Positions 28,486 to 37,764 of a stretch of DNA of 64,000 nucleotides are shown piece by piece. This DNA comes from Chloroflexota bacterium (GTDB lineage Bacteria; Chloroflexota; UBA5177), in assembly GCA_051002135.1 (NCBI GenBank), contig JBPCMQ010000060.1, positions 144,008 to 208,007 of the forward strand. Direction: 5' to 3'. A model generated the notes under the pieces. That model did no database searches. It worked only from the letters and a program-made list of their open reading frames with translations, and had not been told where the DNA came from. The position numbers and the translations under genes were made by a program. How positions within the stretch are numbered: the first letter of the stretch is position 1; each line of letters opens with the position of its first letter.

Positions 28486-29597
28486 GCGCTCGACACCGTG
28501 CATCTCTCGGCGATTTCGGTGATGCTGTCACCGCCGTACTTGTCCAGGAACGCATCCGCCAGAACGAATGCGACCATGGCCTCGCCCACGACGCTGGCGG
28601 CGGGTACGGCGCAGATGTCGGACCGCTGGTACGTCGCCCACGCCTCGTCGCCGGTACGCACGTCCACGCTCCGCATCGGCGTCAGGGTGGTGCTGATCGG
28701 CTTCATCGCGGCCCGCACGATCAGTGGCTCACCGTTGGTAACGCCGCCTTCAAGCCCCCCCGCCCGGTTGGACGCCCGCTCGAGCTCACGCTCGCCGGCG
28801 ACGATCGCATCGTGCACTTGTGTACCTGGAAGGCGCGCATTACTGAAAGCGGCTCCAATTTCCACACCCTTGATCGCCTGGATACTCATGACCGCTCCCG
28901 CGATCCGTCCGTCAAGCTTGCGATCCCATTGCACATAGCTGCCAAGTCCAACGGGAAGGTTCAGAGCGCACACCTCGAAGACACCCCCCAACGTATCGCG
29001 CTCACGGCGCGCGCGATCGATGCGAGCCACCATGCGCTCTTCCGCCTCCGCGCTGGCCGCCCGAACGGACGACTGTTCGACTCTCTCACGGATCCGCTCG
29101 TCGGCCACATCGCATGACTCCGTCCATTCATCGCCGATTTCCAGCACCTGGCTCGCAATCACAACACCGAACCGAAAGAGCAGCTGCCTGGCCAGCCCGC
29201 CCGCCGCAACCCGCATGGCGGTCTCACGCGCGCTCGCGCGTTCCAGCACCGTCCGCATGTCGTCAAGTCGATATTTGATGGACCCCGCTAAGTCAGCATG
29301 ACCGGGCCGGGGTACGGAAAGCACAGGCTTCTCACGCTTCTCCTGATTTGCCCAATCGCGGTTCTCGATACGCATCGCAATTGGGGCTCCCGTCGTCCGA
29401 GACTCGTGGACCCCACCCAGGAATTGGACGGTGTCGTGCTCGATGCGTTGGCGCCCACTTCTCCCATGTCCGCCCTGCCGGCGCTGGAGATCAAAATTGA
29501 TGCCGTCCACGTCGATCTCGAGGCCGGCCGGCATGCCGTCGAGAATCCCGGACAGTGCTGGCCCATGCGACTCTCCCGCCGTCATGAAACGGAGCAT
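28482..29597 (-). CDS. aroC: Chorismate synthase
   Basis: MLRFMTAGESHGPALSGILDGMPAGL is the typical N-terminus. The internal ATG start was used. Confidence 0.9.
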   Translation of the reverse strand: MLRFMTAGESHGPALSGILDGMPAGLEIDVDGINFDLQRRQGGHGRSGRQRIEHDTVQFLGGVHESRTTGAPIAMRIENRDWANQEKREKPVLSVPRPGHADLAGSIKYRLDDMRTVLERASARETAMRVAAGGLARQLLFRFGVVIASQVLEIGDEWTESCDVADERIRERVEQSSVRAASAEAEERMVARIDRARRERDTLGGVFEVCALNLPVGLGSYVQWDRKLDGRIAGAVMSIQAIKGVEIGAAFSNARLPGTQVHDAIVAGERELERASNRAGGLEGGVTNGEPLIVRAAMKPISTTLTPMRSVDVRTGDEAWATYQRSDICAVPAASVVGEAMVAFVLADAFLDKYGGDSITEIAERCTVSSA

Positions 29598-30448
29598 GTC
29601 TCGACCTTTCGGAGCTCTCGGACGCACGCGTCTCGCATGATTTGCAGGTCCGGCTTTACGCTCGTCCAGAGTCGAAATGCGGCGGCGCCCTGCCCGACCA
29701 ACATCTCCAGCCCGTCCGAACACACACAACCCGCTCGGCGCGCGCGAGCCAGAAGCGGAGTTTCCCGTCCATAGACGAGATCAAGGACGGCGGTCTGAGG
29801 CTGCAGGTAGGCGTCCTGGGGAACGGGGCAGGCGTGTCCCAAAGGCTCCATTCCGAGAGGAGTCGCATTGACCAGCAGGGAGCAGTCCGGCCGAGCGAGC
29901 AAGGCAGTCAAATCTCGGCGCGGCAGGGCCCGGCACCTAGCGCCGCCCAGAAGGGCCACGGCGGCCGCTCTTGCGGGATCGCGTGACACCAGACAGATAT
30001 GGCGGAAACGAGGACGCAAGATCTCGAGTGCCGCTCGCGCCGCGCCACCGGATCCGAGGACGATAGCAAGGCCGGTGTTAGCCGGCAATTCAAGAGACGC
30101 GAGCGCCGCCATGAAGCCGTCGACATCGGTGTTGTGTCCGACCAAGCGTCCCCAGGACGACACCACGGTGTTGACCACGGATAGGCGACGAGCCGCGGGC
30201 GCCAGCTCGTCCATGAGGCCGGTCACCAGCTGCTTGTGTGGGATCGTCACGTTCAAGCCGCGATACACCCCCGATCGCACGTCGTCAAGCACGCCTTCCA
30301 CGTCGTCTGCCTCCACACGAACGCAGTCGTAGCGCGCGTCAATGCCCGTGGCCCGGAAGGCGGCGCCCTGCATGACCGGCGACAGACTATGGGCGATGGG
30401 ATTGCCGATGACTGCGTATCGATCAGTGGACATAGAGGACTCCTCCAC
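29582..30448 (-). CDS. aroE: Shikimate dehydrogenase
   Basis: YAVIGNPIAHSLSPVMQ and VTIPHKQ motifs are present. The ORF has a GTG start; an in-frame ATG lies 5 codons downstream. Confidence 0.85.
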   Translation of the reverse strand: MEESSMSTDRYAVIGNPIAHSLSPVMQGAAFRATGIDARYDCVRVEADDVEGVLDDVRSGVYRGLNVTIPHKQLVTGLMDELAPAARRLSVVNTVVSSWGRLVGHNTDVDGFMAALASLELPANTGLAIVLGSGGAARAALEILRPRFRHICLVSRDPARAAAVALLGGARCRALPRRDLTALLARPDCSLLVNATPLGMEPLGHACPVPQDAYLQPQTAVLDLVYGRETPLLARARRAGCVCSDGLEMLVGQGAAAFRLWTSVKPDLQIMRDACVRELRKVETCSVS

Positions 30449-31703
30449 ACTCGCGGAATACGTCTACAAACTGTGGGAATGATACGCTCGCCGCCTCCGC
30501 TCCCTCGATCGTGACCTTGCCCGTCGCCACACTGCCGGCGATCGCCAGCATCATCGCCAAACGGTGATCACCGTAGCTGGTCACGGTGCCACCGTGGAGA
30601 GGCGCGGGACCCGTGACGACAAACCCGTCGTCAACCTCCTGAATATTCGCTCCCAATGCTGTGAGAGAGTCACTCACCGCCCGTATACGGTCGCACTCTT
30701 TGAATCGGAGCTCTCGCGCGCCACGAATGAACGAGACGCCCCGCGCCTGGGTCGCAAGCAGAGCGAGAAGCGGGATTTCGTCCAGTAGTAGCGGGACCTC
30801 TGACGGTTGGACCGTCATGGCGGACAGTGAATCGCTCGCGACGGTGACATCCGCCACGGGCTCTCCCATGATTTCCCTTTCCTCGGCCACGTGAACGCCG
30901 GCGCCCATCTCTTCCAGAGCACGTAAGAAACCCGTACGCGTCGGATTCACTCCGCAGCTCATCGCCGTGAGGCTTCCGCCCGTCAGGACCGCCGCGGCAA
31001 AGAAAAAGGCGGCGGTAGACAGGTCTCCGGGCGCTGCAACGTCAAACGGACGCGGTCTCTGGCCGCCCTCCAGTCTGATGGAACCATCCTCCTCGACTAG
31101 CTCGATGCCCGTAGCCGCAAACATTCGCTCCGTGTGATCGCGCGTCCGAAAACACTCAACGACCGCGGTCGAGCCGCCGGCGTAAAGACCCGCGAGCAGT
31201 ATGCACGACTTGACCTGAGCACTTGCCACCGGCATGACGTAGCGGATAGGACGCAGAGAGCCTCCGCTGATTGTCAAAGGCGCTCTGCCGCCGGCGCTCC
31301 GGATTGAGGCTCCCATGAGCTCCAAAGGCTCGATGACTCTGCGCATCGGTCTCCGGCGCAGAGACGCGTCACCCGTGATCGAGGTTGTAAAAGGTTGTCC
31401 GGCAAGTATTCCTGCCAGCAGCCGCAGCGTGGTCCCGGAGTTACCGGCGTCGAGAGGCGAAGAGGACGCGAAATATCGGCCCGTGGAGTCGACGGCCGCC
31501 TGCGTGCCTTGAAGGACAATGGGCACCCCTAAATCCCGAAGGCACCGAGCCGTAGATTGCACGTCCTCTCCCTCCGGCAGGTTTTCAATCACAGTTTTCC
31601 CGACGGCAATTGACCCCAGCATCAGTGCCCTGTGCGCGATGGATTTGTCACCCGGCAGGGTGACGGTGCCGTCGATGGTCGACGGTTGCACGTGCCACTT
31701 CAC
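30423..31703 (-). CDS. aroA: 3-phosphoshikimate 1-carboxyvinyltransferase (EPSP synthase)
   Basis: TVTLPGDKSIAHRALMLGSIA matches the EPSPS N-terminal region. A GTG start at 31703 overlaps the tyrA stop (GTGA). Confidence 0.9.
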   Translation of the reverse strand: MKWHVQPSTIDGTVTLPGDKSIAHRALMLGSIAVGKTVIENLPEGEDVQSTARCLRDLGVPIVLQGTQAAVDSTGRYFASSSPLDAGNSGTTLRLLAGILAGQPFTTSITGDASLRRRPMRRVIEPLELMGASIRSAGGRAPLTISGGSLRPIRYVMPVASAQVKSCILLAGLYAGGSTAVVECFRTRDHTERMFAATGIELVEEDGSIRLEGGQRPRPFDVAAPGDLSTAAFFFAAAVLTGGSLTAMSCGVNPTRTGFLRALEEMGAGVHVAEEREIMGEPVADVTVASDSLSAMTVQPSEVPLLLDEIPLLALLATQARGVSFIRGARELRFKECDRIRAVSDSLTALGANIQEVDDGFVVTGPAPLHGGTVTSYGDHRLAMMLAIAGSVATGKVTIEGAEAASVSFPQFVDVFRECGGVLYVH

Positions 31704-32545
31704 GCCGGGCTCTCCATCCGCTCCGCCGCGGCGCGATCTTTGCCTTCCGTCAAGATACGGGCGATCTCCTCGCCGGCGCGCCGCTCGATGGCGTCCGCCA
31801 GACGATTGAGATGGGCCAGACATCGTCTCAAAGCCTCCGACACGCGATCATCGTTGGCGATGAGAATATCGCGCCACACCTCGGGGTCGCTCGAGGCAAG
31901 GCGAGTCATGTCATGCAGTCCGCTGCCACTCAATCGACCGTCGCCCGGCTCGAGGGTCAACCCTAATGCGGTTGAAAGGAGTTGAGGCAGATGGCTCGTG
32001 CGCGCCAGCACTTCGTCGTGCAGTTCCGCGTCGGTGACAAGCGGTCGGGCCCCGACCATCTCGGCAAGCTCTCGCGCCGCTGCCAACGCCGTACTGGAGG
32101 TCCGAGATGTGGGCACCAGTACAAAAGGCTTGTCTCGGAACAGATCTATGTCCGCGGACGCCGGTCCTCCGGTTTCGCGTCCGGCGATGGGGTGTCCTCC
32201 TACGGTTCGGCGGGCGCCGGGCAGCCCTTCCATGGACTCCAGCACGGGACGCTTGACGCTTCCGACATCGACGATGAGGCTGCCGGGTGCGGCCAACGTG
32301 TCGACAGCAGGAAGAGAGTGGATTATGGCGGCAATAGGCATGGCGAGCACCACGGCATCGACCGCCTCGACAGCGTCCTCCAGCGACGCGCGCGCCTCAT
32401 CGATCATGCCGCGAGCGGTGGCGATCTCCAGACGTTCCGGTGCGAGGTCAAAGGCCTGAACGCGCGCGCCGGAGCGGCGTGCCGCGCCGGCGATCGACGC
32501 ACCGATCAATCCGGTGCCGATGACGCCCAGGCGGCGAAGTGTCAC
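31700..32545 (-). CDS. tyrA: Prephenate/arogenate dehydrogenase
   Basis: LGVIGTGLIGASIAGAARR is the NAD-binding motif. A GTG start at 32545 overlaps the DAHP synthase stop (GTGA). Confidence 0.85.
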   Translation of the reverse strand: MTLRRLGVIGTGLIGASIAGAARRSGARVQAFDLAPERLEIATARGMIDEARASLEDAVEAVDAVVLAMPIAAIIHSLPAVDTLAAPGSLIVDVGSVKRPVLESMEGLPGARRTVGGHPIAGRETGGPASADIDLFRDKPFVLVPTSRTSSTALAAARELAEMVGARPLVTDAELHDEVLARTSHLPQLLSTALGLTLEPGDGRLSGSGLHDMTRLASSDPEVWRDILIANDDRVSEALRRCLAHLNRLADAIERRAGEEIARILTEGKDRAAAERMESPA

Positions 32546-33585
32546 AGAGTTCGTCCCACCGCCGGAGCCAGGATGCTCAGCTCGTCCATCAGCGTGCCGA
32601 AGCGATCCAGCCGGAGGGATTGAGGCCCGTCCGACAGGGCTTCGCTCGGGCGCGGGTGCACTTCGACCATGAGACCGTCCGCGCCGGCCGCAATTGCGGC
32701 CTTGGCAACGGGCGCTACGAACATCCACTTTCCGGTTGCGTGACTGGGGTCCACGATCACCGGCAGGTGCGTCAGGTGCTTGAGCACGGGAATCGCGCTG
32801 ATGTCGAGCGTGAATCGGGTCGAGTTTTCGAACGTCCTGATTCCGCGTTCACACAGAATCACGCGGTTGTTGTTGTTTGCGAGGATGTACTCCGCAGACA
32901 TCAGAAGCTCTTCGACCGTCGCGCTCATCCCACGCTTGAGAAGGACGGGATGGCCGGAACGCCCGATTTCCTGCAGAAGGCTGAAGTTCTGCATGTTTCT
33001 CGCGCCGACCTGAAGGATATCTACGTGCGAAGCCACCACATCGACGTCATCCGGGGTCAAAACCTCGGTGATGACGACCAGCCCTAGATCGCGACGCAAG
33101 CGATCCATCATCTCGAGGGCGGCACGGCCGAGCCCCTGAAAGCTGTACGGCGATGTGCGCGGCTTGAACGCGCCGGCACGCAGGGCCCGAGCGCCGGAGG
33201 CTTGAATCGCAACGGCCGTCTCCCGCAGCTGTTCCTCGCTCTCCACGGCGCAAGGACCGGCAATGACAGCGAGGCGACGGGCTCCGAAGGAGACGCCGTC
33301 CACCCCGACTATCGTGTCTCTGGGCTTGAAGTCGCGACTGCCAAGTTTGTATGGCTTCCCGATAGGGACCATGTGGTCGACGCCCGGCAAGAATTCGAGC
33401 CTCTCGAGCTGTTCCGGCGCGCTGTGTCCGATGATCCCGATGATGGTCGTTTCCTCACCCTCCGAGACGTGTGGCCGGTAGCCCATATCGCGGATACATG
33501 CGACGACGCCCTCGATCTGCTCTTGACGAGCGCTGTGTTGCATGACGACAATCATGTCCTTCTCCTCCTGAGCTACTGCCAACAT
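32542..33585 (-). CDS. 3-deoxy-7-phosphoheptulonate (DAHP) synthase, type I-beta, with an N-terminal ferredoxin-like regulatory domain
   Basis: The catalytic core [16 protein letters not shown]...[13 protein letters not shown] matches DAHPS/KDO8PS-like enzymes. An N-terminal ~70-aa extension precedes it. This is the first gene of the operon. Confidence 0.9.
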   Translation of the reverse strand: MLAVAQEEKDMIVVMQHSARQEQIEGVVACIRDMGYRPHVSEGEETTIIGIIGHSAPEQLERLEFLPGVDHMVPIGKPYKLGSRDFKPRDTIVGVDGVSFGARRLAVIAGPCAVESEEQLRETAVAIQASGARALRAGAFKPRTSPYSFQGLGRAALEMMDRLRRDLGLVVITEVLTPDDVDVVASHVDILQVGARNMQNFSLLQEIGRSGHPVLLKRGMSATVEELLMSAEYILANNNNRVILCERGIRTFENSTRFTLDISAIPVLKHLTHLPVIVDPSHATGKWMFVAPVAKAAIAAGADGLMVEVHPRPSEALSDGPQSLRLDRFGTLMDELSILAPAVGRTL

Positions 33586-33611
33586 GTCTACCCTCTCGGC
33601 GGTAAAAGAAA

Positions 33612-33636
33612 GACCGGAGGCGAAACGCCTCCGGTC
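33612..33636 (-). terminator. Intrinsic terminator / attenuator hairpin in the leader of the aromatic operon
   Basis: Perfect 11-bp stem GACCGGAGGCG-AAA-CGCCTCCGGTC. On the transcribed (minus) strand it is followed by UUCUUUU, ~25 nt upstream of the DAHP synthase ATG. Confidence 0.55.
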
Positions 33637-33666
33637 TCTGGGGCACAGGGATGCGGGCGGTTCCAG

Positions 33667-33741
33667 TTACAGAACCGTCACCATGTGCCCCGTATTAAAC
33701 CAGTAGTAGTGGCCAACCACGGCCACATCGAACCCGATCAT
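33667..33741 (-). CDS. Putative attenuation leader peptide MIGFDVAVVGHYYWFNTGHMVTVL (24 aa), with consecutive Tyr-Tyr-Trp-Phe codons
   Basis: An ATG at 33741 is preceded by GAGGAA at 4-nt spacing. The aromatic codon run lies at 33697-33708. A TAA stop sits 30 nt upstream of the terminator hairpin. The leader segment GGGGCACA can pair with TGTGCCCC immediately 5' of the terminator. Confidence 0.5.
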   Translation of the reverse strand: MIGFDVAVVGHYYWFNTGHMVTVL

Positions 33742-33908
33742 GGATTCCTCACTGTCTGCTCTTGAGCCCACTATAGGAAAGTTCTCGGGGCATGTCAAAT
33801 TGACTGGCGGGCGCGCGGCCAGAGGACAGGCATGGAGTACCCCATGCACGGCACGAAGGTCGTCGGATGCATTGGTAGACCTGGTACAGAATTAGATATA
33901 CTACAGCC

Positions 33909-34523
33909 GTGAATTTCGCATTTGAGGTTGGCCGCCGGGAACGGAAGCGCCAGGCGGTACACGAAAACCTTCTCGAGGCGGGACGCGAGCTGTTCCGGAC
34001 CCAGGGAATCGGGCGCACAACGGTCGACGATATTGCGCACGCCGTTGACGTAGCCCGGCAAACATTTTTCAACCATTTTCCCTACAAGGAGGCTCTGGCC
34101 CTCGAACTCGGGGCAGGCAGAGTTCAAACGGTTGCCGACGGCGCTAGGGCTTTGCTTGAAGCCGGCACACCCGCCCTCGATGTCCTGCAGCAGATCGGCG
34201 CGTGGATGCTCGACATGGCGTGCGATCAGGGCGAGCTTGCCGTTGTCGTGGCCCGTGAATTGCTGCATCCGGAAGCGGATCGAGCAACCAGCGCGGAGCG
34301 GCAGATGCCGCTGCAAGGTTTGTTCGAAGCGATTTTGCAACAGGCCCGAGAAGAGGGAGCGGTTCGCGATGACTTGTCCCTGCAGGTGGTTGCTACCGGA
34401 CTCAGCGGCGTGGTGACGGGCATGTTTGCGCGTGTCTTGCGAGCAAAGCGGGAGGATCTGCAAACGGAACTGGCGATTTGCTTTGACATGGTGTTCAATG
34501 GAATTACAGATAGGAGAAGATAA
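33909..34523 (+). CDS. TetR/AcrR family transcriptional regulator
   Basis: The N-terminal HTH GIGRTTVDDIAHAVDVARQTFFNHFPYKEAL is the TetR signature. It has a GTG start and is divergent from the aro operon leader. Confidence 0.85.
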   Translation: MNFAFEVGRRERKRQAVHENLLEAGRELFRTQGIGRTTVDDIAHAVDVARQTFFNHFPYKEALALELGAGRVQTVADGARALLEAGTPALDVLQQIGAWMLDMACDQGELAVVVARELLHPEADRATSAERQMPLQGLFEAILQQAREEGAVRDDLSLQVVATGLSGVVTGMFARVLRAKREDLQTELAICFDMVFNGITDRRR

Positions 34524-34525
34524 CA

Positions 34526-34849
34526 ATGCTTTCTTGGACGAACGCACGACGTATGGGACATCGACTGCTCAGCGCCACGCTGCGCTGCCGGCAGTGCAGC
34601 CGCCCCGCCGGCGATTTGGTCGGCTTTGCCGACCGTGACCTGGGCGAGGCGCGCTTTTTACCGCTCGACACGGGCTTTATGCCTCACGACCTGAGTGGAG
34701 AGTTGCGCTGTGGTCGTTGCTCCGGACAGCTCTACCTCGATGATATTGAGCCCCTGGGCCGCAATGTCCCCCTCGAGGAAGCCGGCGGCATTCCCTTTGC
34801 ACGTGTGGCCGCGGGTGAATGCGAAATCGCGGACACGTCGGCAGCCTGA
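34526..34849 (+). CDS. Hypothetical zinc-ribbon protein (two CxxC pairs)
   Basis: CRQC...CGRC are the Cys pairs. It is 107 aa and lies immediately downstream of TetR. Confidence 0.45.
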   Translation: MLSWTNARRMGHRLLSATLRCRQCSRPAGDLVGFADRDLGEARFLPLDTGFMPHDLSGELRCGRCSGQLYLDDIEPLGRNVPLEEAGGIPFARVAAGECEIADTSAA

Positions 34850-34883
34850 GCGCGTCCGCGGGTTTTCCGGCAAATCTCTTCGG

Positions 34884-36203
34884 TCATGGCGCGAGCTTGA
34901 CCCCCATCTCTGGTAACCAGTCCAGCGTCAGCGCGGCGCTCCAGCTAAAGCTGTTGGTTCCAAACCCTTCACCCGTTTGCGGATGGTAATACTCCCGGAA
35001 ACCTTCTCGTGAGACCATATCCAGCGTTCGTGAGCGGATGATCTGGGCAAGATCGGGCCGGCCGTAGGTATCCAGTCCCTGCGAGACCATCCAGTTGGTG
35101 TTGACCCACGTTGGCCCGAGCCAGTAGTTCTCGGGGTTGTAATACGGCGACGCCACCGACGTGGTTGGCACCGGGTAACCATCGGGCCAGAATCGGTCGG
35201 GGGTGAGCCACGAGTCGATCATGGGGTAGGCCCTCTCTTCCGTCGCGACGCCTCCCCAGAGGGTGTGCAGACCAGCGATCGTATCGTCCCGAAGAAGACG
35301 ATTCGACACTCGATCGTAGCTGTAGTACGTTCGCCGCTCCGGATCCCAGAGCTTGTCGTTGATGGCCTGCCTCGTCCGCCGGTTCCAGCCCTCGATCTCG
35401 CTCGAGTCCTCTTCGACGAGCGCAGCGATCGCCGCCAGGTCGTCGTTCGCGCGGCAGAGAATCGAGTTGAACAGCACGTCTTCGACGGCGAGAGGCGCAA
35501 TCTTCAGATACGCCGCCTGGTCCCAGCTCACGGCACGCATCTGCTCCAGCAAGAACACAAACAGGTCGTAGTCCTTGTTTGTCGGACGATTCTCGGCCGC
35601 GACATGCAACAGGTCGAGTCGCTCGTATTTTGGCTTATATGTCATATGGACCCGGCTACCGGCATCGAGATAGGGTGGAGAGTTGTCGAGGCCGGACTCC
35701 CAGGGATGGACGACGGCGATCAAGCCGGATTGGTCGGGATCCCTGTCACGATAGAGGAAGCGGTGGTAGCTCAAGATCTTCGGAAAGACGTCGTCCAGAA
35801 AAGCCGTGCCGTTTCCCTCGTCGGAGAATCGTTCAAAGACACGGCGTGCGGCCGTCGCCAGAACGGGGGGTTGCGTGATGCCGGAGGTCTCGACGTCTTG
35901 CGGCGCGTCCGGTGAGCGGTGACATTGCCACACGTCGGGACCGGGGAAATAACCGGAGCCCTCCGGACTGAAGACAATCTGCGGAACCAGTCCATTGGCC
36001 CATTGGCCTCGTAGGAGTGACAGAATCTCGACCGCCGCCCGAGCGGGATCGTACCGAGAGATGCCGATGGCAATGAAGCACGAATCCCAGTTCCACTGAT
36101 GTGGGTAGAGGCTGGGAGCGGGCTTTGTAGATGTGCCCAGGTCGTTTTCCTTGAGCACATTTCTAGCCCTCTCTGCTAGCTGCGTCAAGTCGCCCATCGC
36201 CAT
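34884..36203 (-). CDS. Glycoside hydrolase family 63-like (mannosylglycerate/glucosylglycerate hydrolase-like)
   Basis: YPHQWNWDSCFIAIG and VHPWESGLDNSP match the (alpha/alpha)6-barrel GH63/MGH family. Confidence 0.8.
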   Translation of the reverse strand: MAMGDLTQLAERARNVLKENDLGTSTKPAPSLYPHQWNWDSCFIAIGISRYDPARAAVEILSLLRGQWANGLVPQIVFSPEGSGYFPGPDVWQCHRSPDAPQDVETSGITQPPVLATAARRVFERFSDEGNGTAFLDDVFPKILSYHRFLYRDRDPDQSGLIAVVHPWESGLDNSPPYLDAGSRVHMTYKPKYERLDLLHVAAENRPTNKDYDLFVFLLEQMRAVSWDQAAYLKIAPLAVEDVLFNSILCRANDDLAAIAALVEEDSSEIEGWNRRTRQAINDKLWDPERRTYYSYDRVSNRLLRDDTIAGLHTLWGGVATEERAYPMIDSWLTPDRFWPDGYPVPTTSVASPYYNPENYWLGPTWVNTNWMVSQGLDTYGRPDLAQIIRSRTLDMVSREGFREYYHPQTGEGFGTNSFSWSAALTLDWLPEMGVKLAP

Positions 36204-36264
36204 CGCGCGAATCCTCCCGGAAGTCGCGAGTACTCGCGGGTCTGACTGTCATGGCCAAAGACAC

Positions 36265-36340
36265 CCGCAGTGTTATACATCCGTAGTGTTATACATGCGC
36301 AGTGTTATACATCCGCAGTCTTATACATCCGTAGCGTTGG
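36265..36340. repeat. 16-bp tandem repeat (~4.75 units): CCGCAGTGTTATACAT / CCGTAGTGTTATACAT / GCGCAGTGTTATACAT / CCGCAGTCTTATACAT / CCGTAGCGTTGG...
   Basis: Intergenic, with no unique spacers, so it is not CRISPR. The final partial unit is the 5' arm of the REP-like element at 36329. Confidence 0.8.
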
Positions 36341-36361
36341 CCTTCAGGCCGCCTTCAGGCC
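36329..36361. repeat. REP-like palindromic element, copy 1: CCGTAGCGTTGGCCTTCAGGCC, then GCCTTCAGGCC
   Basis: A GGCC-TTCA-GGCC hairpin core, duplicated. It is intergenic. Confidence 0.6.
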
Positions 36362-37371
36362 AACTCTCGCGCCGGCGTCCGGCCGAGAGAAGCATCCCGG
36401 GCAAACTGCAGGCCCCTCGCGGTCGGCAGTGAATCCACGGTTGCCAGGTGCCGCGGCGGCTCCTGCTCTCGCAGCACGGCATGGATGTGCTGAATCGCCG
36501 CGGTGAAGGACGGTTCCGGTCCCGAAGGGTGTTCGACCGAGGTCTCGCCGCCGCACAAGATCTCGAGCGCGTCATCCGGAGAGGGATGGAAGGGGTTGGA
36601 CAGGCGCACTTCCCCTTCGCTGCAAATAATCCGGCAGAAGGTGTCCTGCTCTCTGCTCATACCACAAGAGAAGATGAGAGTGGATGCGTCGACGAAATCC
36701 AGGACTCCGGCTATCTCTTCATCAACTCCCTCGGCTGCCCGCTGGGCGAGGGCCGTTCCCCTTGCCGGTGGCCGCCCAAACAGCAGCGTGGCGAGATGGA
36801 TGCAGTAGCAGCCGACATCGTTCAACGCGCCACCGCCAAGCTCCGGCATCAAGCGAATGTTCGCGCGGCCTTGTAATTGAAAGTGAAAGTTGGACTCGAT
36901 GGAGAGCAGATCACCGATGTCGCCGCCTGTGACGATCTCGCGAAGGCGGTGGAAATGGCGGCGAAAGGGGAAAACAAAGGCCTCCCAAAGCAAGGCCCGA
37001 CTCTCGTGTGCGACTCGGAGAACCGTCTCGGTCTCCGCTTCCGACACACACAGCGGCTTCTCGCACAACACGACCTTGTTCGCGTCCATCGCGCGAATTG
37101 TCCACTCCGCGTGCAGGGAGTTGGGCAGGGCGACATAGACGGCATCGATCGACGGGTCATCGAGGACCGCGTCGTAACCCTCAACCGCTCGCTCAACCCC
37201 CTCGCTCGCCGCAAACGTCTCCGCTCGCCGCAAGTCGCGAGCTCCCACCACCGCCGCCTTCCCATCGCCTGCGGCTCGCAGGGCCGGCAGGAAGGATCCT
37301 CGCGCAATACTCGCCGCGCTCAAGATACCCCATCGAATCGATCCGTTGTCGTTCATTGCATCCTCCCACAA
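36355..37371 (-). CDS. Gfo/Idh/MocA family NAD(P)-dependent oxidoreductase
   Basis: The N-terminus IRWGILSAASIARGSFLPAL is a Rossmann fold, and VVLCEKPL is the signature. The start may be the internal ATG MNDNGS. Confidence 0.85.
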   Translation of the reverse strand: MWEDAMNDNGSIRWGILSAASIARGSFLPALRAAGDGKAAVVGARDLRRAETFAASEGVERAVEGYDAVLDDPSIDAVYVALPNSLHAEWTIRAMDANKVVLCEKPLCVSEAETETVLRVAHESRALLWEAFVFPFRRHFHRLREIVTGGDIGDLLSIESNFHFQLQGRANIRLMPELGGGALNDVGCYCIHLATLLFGRPPARGTALAQRAAEGVDEEIAGVLDFVDASTLIFSCGMSREQDTFCRIICSEGEVRLSNPFHPSPDDALEILCGGETSVEHPSGPEPSFTAAIQHIHAVLREQEPPRHLATVDSLPTARGLQFARDASLGRTPARELA

Positions 37372-37694
37372 AAAAACGACCTCCGGTTGGGGGCCGTTCT
37401 CTCATTATGCAGCCGGGTTACCGGCGACGCGCGGGCTGGAAGCACTCTGAGCAATGGACGGGATTGTCACCTCTGTGAACAAACGGGACGGATCCTGGCA
37501 CCCACGGCCGGCAGGGAATTGCTGGTAGTGTAGTCAACGTCGGGTCAGAGCTGGAAGAACACCCGGAACGGTCTCGAAAGCGCTTGCCGAATGCATTGCA
37601 GACGTATCATAACCCACCGTGCGCGGTGTACGAAATCATCGTGCAACGACAACCGGAGGACCGGCTACTGCAATAGTGTTGGGGCCAAAAAAAG

Positions 37695-37716
37695 CCGTAG
37701 CTTTGGCCTTCAGGCC
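37695..37716. repeat. REP-like palindromic element, copy 2: CCGTAGCTTTGGCCTTCAGGCC
   Basis: It has the same motif as 36329. It is intergenic and preceded by an A-run. Confidence 0.6.
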
Positions 37717-37764
37717 AAGTGTCTGCCTGCCGGTTAGATTGCGAAACGCGGTACCCACACGATT

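Noticed and set aside
35265-35915. 216-aa + ORF
   Set aside because: It is antisense to the GH63-like hydrolase gene.
36265-36340. 16-bp tandem repeat considered as a possible CRISPR array
   Set aside because: The units are only 16 bp, contiguous with no unique spacers and mutually degenerate. It is derived from the adjacent REP-like element arm.
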